Positions 11,078 to 22,900 of a DNA stretch of 64,000 nt are shown in pieces; the stretch's first letter is position 1; each line of letters starts with the position of its first letter. The position numbers and the translations under genes were made by a program. This DNA is from Vitrella brassicaformis CCMP3155 (taxonomy: Eukaryota > Protista > Chromerida), in contig CDMY01000441.1 of NCBI GenBank assembly GCA_001179505.1, positions 1 to 64,000 of the forward strand, written 5' to 3'. The notes under the pieces are model-generated. The model was not told the DNA's origin, ran no database searches, and was given only the letters and a program-made list of their open reading frames with translations.

Positions 11078-13216
11078 CTACCCATCTGCATGTCTCTCTC
11101 GCCTTATTCCTTCCACTACTGTCACCACCTCCCCCACGCCCTCACTCAAGTGCAGTGTCCTTGATCGCTTAGACCGCCGCGAAAAGCCCCTCCCACCTCC
11201 CTCCGTTGGAGTGGCGGCCCTTTGCACCTCATCATCGCCGACAGACACCGATCGATGCATTGTTGGCCTGTCGGAAATGGACGCGTCGGCTGTGCTCGGC
11301 TCGTCTGTGGACGCCGGCTGTTGCTTGGGTCGGATGACCGTGTTGATCCGCGCCCAATTGCAGACAAACTGGGTGGGCTTCTGCTTGTTGGGCTCGTCTG
11401 CATGATAAATGCGCAGACACACACCAGATAACGCATTCGTGTGGGTCTGTCTCTGCCCTGTCGGTGTGCGTCTGTGTGTGTGGCTGTGGTGCGTGAGTGG
11501 GTGCGTGGGGTGGGGTGGGTTGCGGCATTTCATACTTGGGTCGACATAAAAGTAGTCGTCAAAGACGGCCTCCCACATGATCTTCTCACCTTCCCACGAC
11601 TCTAGTGCCGTCACCATACGACCATTAACGTCCTGAACACACACGGCAGCATCCATCCATCCATCCGACCATCCACCCATCACTCGTGTGGATGGTCAGT
11701 CTCTCTAGCCGCTTACATCGAAGCCCGACACCCAGACACTGACAGAATCGAGCCGCTCTTTGATCTGCTCCATGTTCATGCCGGCGAAAGGATTGTCTGC
11801 AGGAACACGGGAACCAAAGTGTCAATGGATTCACGTCTGCGTGTGTCGCTTTGCAGGCCTACGCTCGCTCACTTGGCGCGTTGAGGTGTACCCGGACATT
11901 GGTGATCATCATGACGACCGTTGGGGAGAAATCAAGGCTGACCTCCTTGAACTGACATTCCCACTCGCCCGTAGACGTCCGTTCAGTCATCTCGACTGAG
12001 ACTTTGAAGGCAACACTGCCCAACAACTACACACACACACCACACCACACGAAGCAGGCAATCGGAGGGGATGCGGGTGGCCGATCTGGCTGCTTGCGCA
12101 GGTGAGTGACCTGATCGGCGGACGGGGCGACCCTGAATTTCGCCCATATCTGGCCTTTCTCCCTGTGGTGTTCGTAGACGGTCATGCGGTCGCTGAAACA
12201 GATGTGCGACCGAGGCCGAGAGAACTTCATCAACACCAGGCCAGTCCCCAAGACGACCAACAGCTTCGAAAAAAACGACTGAGTGACAGGACATAAAGCC
12301 AACATAACATGGACGTGGATGCATTGCAACATATACGCTCCCCAGCCGCCCAGCCCAGCCCAGCCCAGCCCAGCGCACCGCACCGCACCTGTATGGCCAG
12401 AATGATGGTGCCGGTGGGATCACGAGGACCTACATAGGTACCCATTAATTACATTCCACACACTCACTGCTCATGTGATGTGCCTATCGGCATGCTGTGT
12501 GCATCCGCCATCTGGCCCACCTACCTCCAGGATAGTTGATGCCCATGAAATTGGCCAGCGATATGGCGAATGCCCGGAGGAAGGGGTCGTGCTGCACATC
12601 AATCAAGTCGTCGTCAAAGCCATAAAACGACTGACCAACAGACAGAGAGGTAGCTGTCTTGGCTACCTGGCCGTCCGTGGCCTTTTCTCAAGCGTACGCA
12701 CTTCTGATCTGGCCATGATGACGAGAGCGAATGTGATCGAGAATGCCGCTGCTATGGCGATGACAAGGGTGAGCAGCAGCCACCACGACGACTGAACCAC
12801 AAACACAACACACGCAGGACAGAATTTGCAGAACTCATAAGCAAATACGGGATTGAAACAAGCGATCTTCTGTCACTCACTGCAGACAGACCTTGGCCAG
12901 CCATCTGGTCGGTGACACGTCCCACAGCTTGTTGATGATCTTCACCTGGAAATCCGGATCACGAAACGCCTGCTTCAACCTGCACACATCACCACGCGCA
13001 CACAGGAACGAATCATTACACCCACAGTGCAAAACGGGCTGCCCCGCTGATCTCTGACCTCGTCGCGCCGTCTACGGCCCTCCTGACCCTGGGATTGTTG
13101 TACAGAATGTTATACTCACTGGGCTTCAGATGCGCGAAGTGATCTTCCCTCTGCGAACGAGTGCTGATGGTCTGCGAGAGGTTGAACCACCTCAGCGCCC
13201 TCTTGATGGGCGACAT
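11078..13216 (-). CDS. Inward-rectifier (Kir/KirBac-fold) channel with non-canonical selectivity filter (about 9 exons)
   Basis: TM1 SSWWLLLTLVIAIAAAFSITFALV and pore helix FLRAFAISLANFMGINYPG. TM2 and C-linker read LGTGLVLMKFSRPRSHICFSDR...FRVA. Cytoplasmic domain reads VHLNAPNNPFAG and VWVSGFDDVNGRMVTALESWEGEKIMWEAVFDD. The 3' end is approximate. Confidence 0.8.
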
Positions 13217-13372
13217 TGCGAAGGAATTCGGCAGCCTCAGATGGCCTCAGGAGCGCTGCAGTACGTTGACAAAATGACACAGAGATCATTCCATTCAATA
13301 TATTGATTCCATTCATCGAAGAAAGTGACAGAAAGGCTCACATTACCTATCCAAGATCGGCATCCGCACTCT

Positions 13373-13381
13373 AAGCTCGCA
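13373..13381 (+). promoter_or_regulatory. Candidate promoter motif AAGCTCGCA (Kir / TTC4 spacer)
   Basis: Part of a 14-bp match, ACTCTAAGCTCGCA, shared with 62084-62097. Confidence 0.5.
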
Positions 13382-13420
13382 GTGCAGGCCTAGGGTGCCT
13401 CCTGAAACCGCTGCCGGACA

Positions 13421-15254
13421 ATGGCAGAAACCAACAACGCCGACGCGCCTGTGACCGTCGAGGCAACTCTCGAGGTATGCGGATGAAGGCATGAATGAAA
13501 ACGCATCGCCGATCTGTCTGCCGCCTTGTGCGTGAGTGTTGTGTGTGTCAGGATCTGCAGGCAGATCTGAGCCACCTGGATGACGACGACTGGGAGGTCA
13601 CCCCGGAGCAGCTGGAGCAGCTCAAGGCCAAGTATGGCAGTGCGGAACATCCCCTGTTCATGCCCGAGGCGCCGCGAGACCTCACTGACTATCCGCAGCT
13701 GCAGGCCATCCAGCAGCTCATCTACGAGAATGAAACGCCAGAGTCACTCGCCGTCCACTTCAAGGTCAGAACAATCGGAAGAATGCGACAACGAGTGCAT
13801 GTGCGTGTTCTCTCCCTCCCCGCGTGCAGAAGATGGGCAATGAGTGTCACCAGGACGGCAAGGCCCACTGGCGCGACGCCATCGCCCACTATACTAAGGG
13901 CATCGAGGCAGGCAGCTCCGACAACACGGTCAATTCGCAGCTGTACTCCAACAGGGCCATGATACGACTCAAGCTTGGTAGAGAGCAGCCGCCTTGATTG
14001 TGGAGTGTCATCGTGTCTGTAATGATGTTTGCGTGTGTGATCAGATGAGCATGTGGAGTGTGTTGACGATGCGCGGAAGGCCATCGAGCTGGACCCCACA
14101 AACGTCAAGGCGTAAGACACACACACACACACATCCCACTCACATCCCACTCACTCATCGCGACATACATTGATGGATGAGATGAGCTATCCTATCCACT
14201 CTCACTCCTTCCTTCCCTTTCCCGTTTCCATGCAGCTACTTCCGAGCCGCCAAGGCTTCATACTATCTGCATCTCTTCGAGCAGGCCATCCAGTTCTGCA
14301 CACAGGGCTTCAACGCCAACTCATCCTCCGACCCGGACAAGACGGCTGACCTGGCCAAGCTGCGACAAGACATCGAGCAGAAGTGGTCGGCACTGCGGCA
14401 GAAGCGAGAAGAGGAAAGGCGAAAGGAGAGAGAGGACGCGGCGCAGAGGGAGGTGCACAGTGGGCTGGTGGATGAGGCCATCAAGGCCAGGGGCATCCGT
14501 GTGGGACCGCTCCTCTATGACATGGCGTACCCTGCAGAGGTCAACGCGTGGCTGGCAGGCAATGGATGGCGGTCTGCATCTCATCTGTCATGCATGTGTG
14601 TGGCATTCATCCATCAGATGAAGGTGCGGCTTGATGATGAGGGACGACTCCACTGGCCGGCACTATTCCTGTGTGTACGCCCACGCACACAGAGAGAGAG
14701 GACATGACACTCCCCTCAGCTCTCTCGTGTAAGTCTTCATTCAGCTATGACGAGTATGGTCAGAGTGACTTCGTCATTGATATCAGAGAGGACCAAACAC
14801 TGAGAGAGCATCTCGAGGTACACACACCGACACAGAAACAGAGATGCAGACCACACCACACCGCGACGGCAAACCTCTCCCCCTGTTACCCATCTGTCAA
14901 TGTCAGGTGATGTTTCCCGGCGACCGGTTCACACAGTGGGACGAGCAGCATAGGTACGCCGTCGACGCTCTCTCCGTCTTCTACGAGCCGGGCTCAGATG
15001 ACGGGGGCAGTCGTGATGTCCTGCTGGAGGTGTCGCCATCCCTCACTTTGTTCAACGTCCTCACCAAGGCCGGCAGAGTCCCCAAAATGCCCGTGTTCCA
15101 TATACTGGTGAGCAAATGCATCGGGGTCATCGACGTGTGTGCATGTTTGGCCGACTGTGGGCGGCTGGTTTGTCAGGCGGAGGGCTCTGCTGCGTTGGCG
15201 ACGTTCAGGGAGACGCACGAGATCAGGCCCTTGTCGTCAACGAAGAAGAGATGA
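13421..15254 (+). CDS. TTC4: TPR-containing Hsp70/Hsp90 co-chaperone, TTC4/Cns1 orthologue (multi-exon)
   Basis: HPLFMPEAP...LQAIQQLIYENETPESLAVHFK|KMGNEC...YTKGI...LYSNRA, then TPR repeats (ARKAIELDPTNVKA|YFRAAKA) and the Cns1/TTC4 C-domain LHWPALFL|YDEYGQSDFV. Confidence 0.9.
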
Positions 15255-15921
15255 CCTGCTGATTGCTTCTCTGGTTGGTGTTTTGGACCGAGTCCTCCTT
15301 TGCTGCGTGGCGTGATTACGACTCGCGCGTGTGTGGTTGATGTGCCCATTTCACCCGCACTGATTGAGTGTCTCGCATCCGAGTAATATATATGTACACA
15401 CACGTAGCTAGCTACGACAGACAGACCGCCCAGTGGACTGGGCGGACACCAAAGCGTCGCATAAGACTTGCCGGCACGGCATAGACATGGCCATGCCATG
15501 GCATGGCATCATGGCATGGACACCACGACATTGTTTGTTTAGATACACTCACGCAGACACCACACACGCAATTTGCAATTTGCGATAGATAGCATCAATC
15601 AACACATCCAAGGCAGGGAGGCCCATCAAAACCCTGCTGGAAGGCCTTCCTTTTCTTCCACCCACCCACCCACCCACTAGAACAGTGTCGCATGCGATGT
15701 CTCTCACACCTGCGATTGATACATACATACTGAGTGTGCATCAGCACATGAAACGGCTTGAAAAAGACGCTGAGCCACTTAGCAAAGACTTTCCCCGCCT
15801 CGCTGCCTGGCCCCCGCCACGCCAGCCCACATAATCACGTGCTTACATGGATGCCCACATCTGCGATTCTCATCTCACCAATCATGCCCATCTGTCTGTG
15901 TGCCTGCCTTCCTCCTGTCTG

Positions 15922-17167
15922 TCAATGAGCTGCGTGTGAGGCCTCCCTGTTGGCCAAAAATCGCAATTCCAAAGGATCAATCACATATCTGCAGCAATAG
16001 TTGGGGATACACCCCACTCGATCTGGGCACGAGGGCTCATCCACGATGGTGTAGTTAGTGGCGGCGCCCTCCACCATGTCGCAGCTGCCCCCAGGCGGCA
16101 GCAAGCACGAGTCAGTCAGTACCACATCCTTAGTGTCACTTTCGTCCTCCTCTGCCCAAAGGCGCCGCCGCCTCCGATCCCGCCCATCAAAGGGAGAGGT
16201 CCTGCCAACGATGTTCCTTCCACCACGCCCTCGCCAACCTCCTCCGAAGATGATGTCTCTGCCTGATCTGGGGGGTCGGATGCGACCCCCGCCGCCAATG
16301 GGTATGCGTGAGTCGTCGTCCCTGCCGCCGATGAGCGGCGGGCCGAAAACGGGACTGTCGTCACCGGGGAGGGGATTCCGACCCACTGCACGCATCACAT
16401 CACCACAGCACACACACACCTGGTGTCTGTGAGTGTGCTGTGTTGTTCACGTACCGCATATGAAAGTGCCGGTGATTCTCCACTTGCACTCCCTGTTGCA
16501 GCAGTCGCTGAGATATCTGCATGTGGAGCCAGTCGGCAGACACCGGGGGGGTGGGGGGCGGACCGGCACGATGGGAGGTCGGACAACAGGCGGCGGCACG
16601 ACGGGCGGTCGGATGACGGGCACCACAGGGACAGGCGCAGGTGCGGGAACAATCGGCTTGGGCGGCTCCGGCAGCGTGTCATTGTCGCGCGGCAGGGTGT
16701 CATTGCCAGGGAGTGTGTCATTCCCTGGCAGTGTGTCGTTGCCAGGTGAGGGCAGCGTGTCGTTGCCGGGCTGCACCGGTTCTATGACTGGCTCGGTGTC
16801 GTTGGCTGGTGGCTCTATTACTGTGTCGTTGTCGTCTGGTGGGAGAGGCTTTATTGGCTCTTCCTGCGGCGGGTCCGGGAGGACGGGCTCGGTGCTGTTG
16901 CACAGCTGACACGTGGAGGCGATACACCTGGCAGTAATGGAGCAGTAGGTGCTGACCCCTGACACACAGAGAGAGAGGCCGACGGGCGGACCAGACAAAC
17001 ACGTGTGGTACTGCAAATCCTCTAGAGTATGCTGTCTTTGCCCGCTCACCGCTGCAGAGTATCCCGGATGAGCAGCTGCAGGCCGCAGATGAGAGGCTGC
17101 ACGTCTGGGCTTCGGCATTCGTGGCTGCCAACGCCACCACAGCGAGTGCGGCCAGCAGACCCTGCAT
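15922..17167 (-). CDS. Secreted modular protein: Cys module, N-glycosylated Pro-rich repeats, cystine-knot-like module, RRL motif, second Cys module (3 exons)
   Basis: Signal peptide MQGLLAALAVVALAATNAEA. Phase-1 introns join QTCSLSSAACSC..., PGNDTL repeats, CLPTGSTCRYLSDCCNRECKWRITGTFIC and a last exon with RRRRRLWAEE and ...GCIPNYCC. Confidence 0.75.
16672..16835 (-). repeat. Coding tandem repeat (P/G)NDTL, about 18-bp units, 7 NDT sequons
   Basis: Repeated ggcaatgacac/ggcaacgacac units on the minus strand encode DNDT, ANDT, four GNDT and DNDT. Confidence 0.85.
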
Positions 17168-17933
17168 CGCCTTGCCCCCCTTAAAGTTAACTGGGCCCCG
17201 CCCTCGGCCGTTTGTTCCAACGGCAATGCACGATCGCCTTCGTTTTTCCGTCGCGCTCACATTTCAGTCCGGAGAGGGCCATAGCAAGAAACAGAAGGAG
17301 CAGAAGGCACGGGAAACGGCGGAAAAGACTTCGAGGCGAGATTTCTCGACGGGAGACGGGAGACGACCAGCCCCTTTTCTTCAGCAGTTCTTGCAGCGGT
17401 TCGAGGCAGTGCGCGGGCATTTTCAGCTCTGCTGCCTTTCCTTCGCCACATCTTCTTTATCTCACCATCTTTTGGCGGCTCGCCTCAGCCCCTCTCAACC
17501 TCCCCAGCGCACCTGCTCCCGCGGCACGGTGTCATTGCCCGAGGGAGCCGCGGCAAATGAATGAGTTCCTCTGTGGAGGAACGAGAAAGGTAGGTATGAT
17601 ATGGTGGTGTCTGCCCTCTTTTTGCGGTATAGAAGAGACGGTAAGCTTTTGTCGTTACATGAAACGGGCGACAAAGTTCGTCTAAGCATCAGTTCGTATC
17701 AGCTTTTGTCTGTCTGATGTGGTCTTGTGTAGGCCAAGGACGAGAAACCCCCAGACAAAAGGTCGGCAGCCGCTCTTTTATCGCCGAGCACCCAGCAGGC
17801 GCATCTCAGACCTCCATTCCCGCCCGCCGGGGAGCCAGAGGTAAAAAAGATATCAAAGTAAGCCGTCTTCACGCAACATGCATTCAAACACACGCACATA
17901 GCGTAGCACGCCATCGACATCGCATCGCATCGC

Positions 17934-19442
17934 TTAGCGGCGATCGTATCGGTCATCAGTGCGGCCACGGCTGCACATCAGTGAAGTCACACACAACAAA
18001 TCATTCAATCAAGCACCGCACCCTGGCGATCTACACGCCATCTGTGTGCGTGTGTGCGTTGTGCTCACTCTCGGTCTCGGTCGTCATAGCCTCGATCTCT
18101 GTCCTCATACCCTCCTCGGCCCCTGTCGAAATCATCGCGATCTCGCTCATGCGAACGGGAGCTACAAATGAAGCCACACCAAGACAAGAATGGCCGACCA
18201 GGAATGCCCACCTATGCCGCATCTGGCTGCCTGTTTGCCCGCTCACCGGTCTCTGCGCTTGCGTCTGTCGTACTCAGACTCATCCTCTTCGTTGTCGTTG
18301 CGTCGCCTCCCCCGCCTGTTGTAGGGGCTGTAGGAGGGGCTGCGGCGCTCGTTGCGGTACGAGGGGCTGCGGCGCTCACGGCCGCCACCACCACCACCAC
18401 GGTCGTTCCTGTCATGGTCGCGATCACGCCTGAGCCAGAGGGAGCAAAAGGGCAGTTCATGAGCGGTCTGCTTTGGCTTCGTGCGTGTTTATACCTTCCC
18501 CCCCTCTCATAGTCTCTCGGCGCTCCTCCCCCTCGGTCCTCGTTCGCCCCTCTGCGAGGCCCGCGAGCCAGCTCTACACGGATGCTGAGAAGCATACATG
18601 CACGCCATCCAATGCATTGCTGCCCATGTGAAGGGATGGATCGTGGCGTTGGTTCCCTCACCTTTTGCCCATGTATGAGGTGCCGTCGAACTGCTTGACC
18701 GAGTCAGCCGCATCCCGCTTGTCTTCAAACGTCTGAACACAACACACGCACACAACAGACAGACAGAGCAAAGAGAGAAATGATTAAGCGCAGAAAGGGC
18801 CGATCTTCCATCGTGCAAGCGGTAGCAGCCACTTCACAGTCACGACACGCATCGAACGGCAAGCTGCTACTTGCCACATCCCCCCTGTCTGTCTGTCTGT
18901 CTGCCTCTTGTTGAGTACACTGAGTGCGCTGCGGAGCGGCGAGGCTTTTCATTCACAGCCGATGAAGATGCCAAGATGTGCAGAGAAGAATCGACAGAAT
19001 GACGTGAAGTGAAGCGAAGTGAAGAACGAAGAAGTGACGTGACGCACTCATCATCAGCCAAAAATGGGACGGGAACGGAGAGCTTCACTCAGCACGATGA
19101 TCTGTCGCTGCACCATGGAAGAGGTGCATCGCCTGTGACCTTACCACAAAGGCGAAGCCAGGAGGATTCCGAGCCACCCACGTCGAGCGGATTTGACCTG
19201 AATCAAGACATGCCATGCCGAGCAGCATCCATCATTCATTAAGTCTTGTCCCCAGGTGTCGCATCTCTCACCGCATCCGGCGAACATCTCCTCAATGTCT
19301 CGAGCAGTGGCCTTCTCCGACAGATTGCCTGATGGACACCAGAGCATTCGTGAACGTTACGGTAGCTGCTCGGCTCCTTGTGAGTGGGTGACTCACCGAT
19401 ATAGACCTTCTTGCCCTGATCTGCGGGGTCCCAGTGCGCCAT
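17934..19442 (-). CDS. SR splicing factor, SRSF3/SRSF7-like single RRM plus RS/RD tail (8 exons)
   Basis: MAHWDPADQGKKVYIG|NLSEKATARDIEEMFAGC|GQIRSTWVARNPPGFAFV|TFEDKRDAADSVKQFDG...|SIRVELARG, followed by RERRSPSY and RD-rich exons ending DRYDRR*. All junctions are in phase. Confidence 0.9.
19048..19107 (-). other. Candidate poison cassette exon inside the RRM intron of the SR gene
   Basis: 60-nt segment bounded by tgcag| and |gtgcgt inside an unusually long 412-nt intron (18733-19144). It carries an in-frame TGA at 19054-19056. Confidence 0.4.
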
Positions 19443-19532
19443 GGCGTTACCGCAACACAAACAGAAGGAAAACCTATTTCAAACAGGCTTCGGGTCGCTT
19501 AGGACATCTCGTGAAACCGCTCTCTCTTTACC

Positions 19533-19541
19533 AAGCTCGCA
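19533..19541 (+). promoter_or_regulatory. Candidate promoter motif AAGCTCGCA (SR / giant solenoid spacer)
   Basis: Exact 9-mer, with GAAACCGC nearby at 19513. Confidence 0.5.
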
Positions 19542-19968
19542 AATTTTGCAAGAATCGGAGCCTTTCCTCCATGCTTCCTGTTCCCTCCCGAACAGCAATC
19601 ATTTCGGACGAATGATATCGTGATTCACCTTTCGCTTGACTTGCTTCAGTTGCTTCACTACCAGCTGACTCGGTTGTCGACGGAGTGGAGTCAACAGGAA
19701 GGGACGGATACCGGATGCTGAGCGCGTGGACGCGTGCTCCGTCTGACGCTGTTTCATTCGCTTGATTTGCCTATTGGTTCAAGTGAAGCTCTACGGAGGT
19801 TTTCCCTTTACTCTGCGAGGGCTTTGCCCGACGGTGGCATGGCATGTGTCGGTGAGCAGGGAGGGACCAGGGGTTGCATGCAACAGCAGAGCATACACAC
19901 GCGGACATGTGTATTGTTTCTGCTTGAGTGTTGCAGGTGGCGGTTTTGGTTCGGTTGACTGACTAATC

Positions 19969-22900
19969 ATGTCTCAAGCTGACCGTCGGCCCCGTTTCCC
20001 GTCTGTCGACGCCGACCTTCGCTCACGTCTCTCTCGCCCGCCCCGCCCAGCACCCCCGGCCGGGCCCAGGCCACGTGGCGGCAGACGAGGCAAGCGTGGA
20101 CGCCGCCCGAGACCTCCACCCATCGGCATTCCGCCCATGAATGGTCACCAGGAGGACTGCTTGAATGCGGACGACCCGGCGTTATCCGACCTCGACAGGC
20201 GTCGGCTGGAGGTCGACGCGATGAACGATGCGCGGCTAAGAGAGATGATGAACGGCGATGCGCATGAGCCGCCGCTGTATGACGGAGATGGGCGGGTGCC
20301 TGGGGCCGGGCCGAGGAGGAGAATGGTTTTCCTCGAAAGTAAGGAGCGATAGAAGAGTAGAGCATCTCTTCAGGTGCGTTTTTTCTGAGTCACCCTTCCT
20401 TGTGTTGTTTGTGTGCAGATGACGCGTCTCCTGGTTGTCCACCAGTCTCTCTCCGTCCCCGGATGAGCCCCTCCCCCACTCTGCCCCCCGACCATAGCCG
20501 TCTGACCCTGCTTCCCAACCCAAACCGACACAATCAGCCCAACGGCGTGGCAGCCTATCCTCACCCGCAGTATTACTCGCGGCGAGAGGAGGACATACCC
20601 CGACGGATGGAGCTCGACTGTGTCATTCGAAGAACGCCCCCATCCCTTGTCCCCGCCAGGGCTGTGAGAGACGACAGCAACTCGTCGGCGAGATACCCCT
20701 CCCCCAATGACAGCGATCGTCTCCCGAACGGTGTCAATGACCGGAGGCGCTCGCCCAGCAGCCGCAGCCCCCTCAGGCGCAGATCCCGTCCATCCCGCAG
20801 CCCTCTGAGGCGCAGACCAGCGTCCCCGAGACGCGAGAGGCATTTGAGACCGGCCAGCAATGACCAACGTGGCAGCTCTGAGGAGCGGCGGGCACGCTAC
20901 CGGAGAGGAGACAGAGATTGCCGGCCGAGCCGGGAGAGAGGGGACCTTCGAAGGGCAAGACGAGACGACGTAAGGCAGCTGACACAGCCATGAGGATGCG
21001 CGTATGTGCGGAGGCTCACATTGTCTCTCTTGTGGATGGATGTGTAGATGCATATTGAAGACGGGTTTGGTTCCCAGTTCCCTTCGCCCCCTCCCGCGCG
21101 AGCACCTCGCCGCCCCGCCAACCCCACTGCCGCCGCTGCTGGTGCCCGTGCAGCACCGGCGGGCAATGCCGGCGGGCAGCCGGCACCTAGAGCAGCTGAG
21201 CCGATAGCCGCTGCACCACCAGCCCCCTCGGCTGCCGCAGCAGCCAGCAGGACGAAACGGCCACGAGATCAGCAACCTGTGCAGAATGGGCTGACATCAG
21301 CTGCACAAGGCGGGGAAGCAGTTTCGGTGAGTCATAATGGGTCGGCCATTGACGTGGATGCCTTGGACAGCGTGGAGCCGGAGAGGAAGGCCCAGCGGAA
21401 GGGTGATGGCGGTGTGGGTGACGCTCGTTCAGCTGGTTCTGGCGTGGGGAGCGCCGGCGCCGCTGGGAGCAGGCGGCCAGGGCCACATCGGGAGAATAAT
21501 ACTGTGAGTCCTGAGCATATTGCGGCACTCATCGAGACTCAGCGGAAAAAGAAGTACGAAAACAGTGCCGCAAAGGGCATTCTCGACACAGTCGGGAGTT
21601 ACGTCCAGAACGCCGCCTTCACCTGCCGCCACGCCCTGCTTGCCTGGGGCGCTTTGGCTGATGTTGTTCGGCGCTTGGGCGACAAGGATGGGAGGGCTGG
21701 CGACGAGCTCACAGCAGCTCTGAAACGAGACGACGCTTACAAGGTGGATCTGCGACGCTTCACGATCAAACTCCTCCAGCACATTCCGATCCCTGCGAGC
21801 GGCCGCCCTCCCCCTGACCACTTCAGCACGCCCCCTGAGAGCGTGGCCGCTGACGCCATGCAGGCGGAGCCCTCCAGCGTGACAGCAGCTGAGTTGCTCC
21901 AGCTGGCTGTTGCTGCACAGAACCTCGGCGAGGATGAGGTCATCGGCCTGTGTGTCGAGCAGCTCGAAGGAAGCGCCTTGATCGATCAGCTGAGTGACTC
22001 CGACGTCGCCCTGCTGGATGACGTCGTATCGAGTTCGGGTGTCGACAGAGCCGTGGCGGCCAAGTGGACGTCAGCCATCGACAGGAGGGTCGAGAGCAGG
22101 CTGCAGGCTTTCGAGAGATGGAAGGAGGAGAGCCCGTCAGATGTTCACATGCAGCCATCGGACAAGACGGGGGACAATGCGGCTGCGGCTGATTCCGGCA
22201 CACAACACCAACCGGACGGAGAAGGAGGGACTGCACCTGCAGCGGCAGCTGCTGCTGCACTCAAGTACGAGGAGCAGCCTGCAGCGTCGCGCGGCCGTCC
22301 CGACCCCGACCAGCTGTTGGACGCGCTTGCAACGATCGGCAGGAGGAGTAGTGCGGCCACGATGGCCTCGGCCCTCCAGTCCATTGCATCTACCTGCCGC
22401 AGCAGAGGTCTCAGGCGCAGCCGCTCTCAGCCACGCTCTCGGGCTCTATCAGGATCAACCACGCCATCGCAGCGGCCTCGCGACCCAGCAGCTGCACCAC
22501 TGCCTCAAGATAGTCGTTATCTCTCGATGCTGGAAGCCGCTGTTGATCGTGTCAAGCCCCTTGTGAGGGATTCATTGTCGTCGATCGGTGTCGTGACCAA
22601 AATGGTGTACGCAGCAGCTGTGGTGGACCCCCTCATGGCCTCTGCCAGCACTGTCGGCCTCTTGACGGAGGCGTCCAAAGTCGTCATAAATGCCCTCAAG
22701 AGCAGTGAGACAGCCAATGCCGCACTGGATGTGACCGATGTGGAGCACCTCGCCACGGCCTACACCCTTGCTGTCGGTCGCTCTGACAGACACATCTTCT
22801 TGTCGTGTCTCTCACGCCTCTCTGACGTCAGCCAAGAGGCAGCGACGCGAGGGGTCATTGCTGGCATATCCCTGCTGAGCCACGACGCCATCATCGAAGA

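Noticed and set aside
17521-17545. GNDTVPR-coding copy of the PGNDTL repeat upstream of the secreted gene
   Set aside because: Only about 11-12 bp match and there is no splice support. It is compatible with chance.
17717-18433. Plus-strand ORF with metallothionein-like CRCVASPACCRGCRRGCGARCG and poly-His
   Set aside because: It is the antisense shadow of the RD/RS-rich exons of the SR gene, and it reads through intronic microsatellites.
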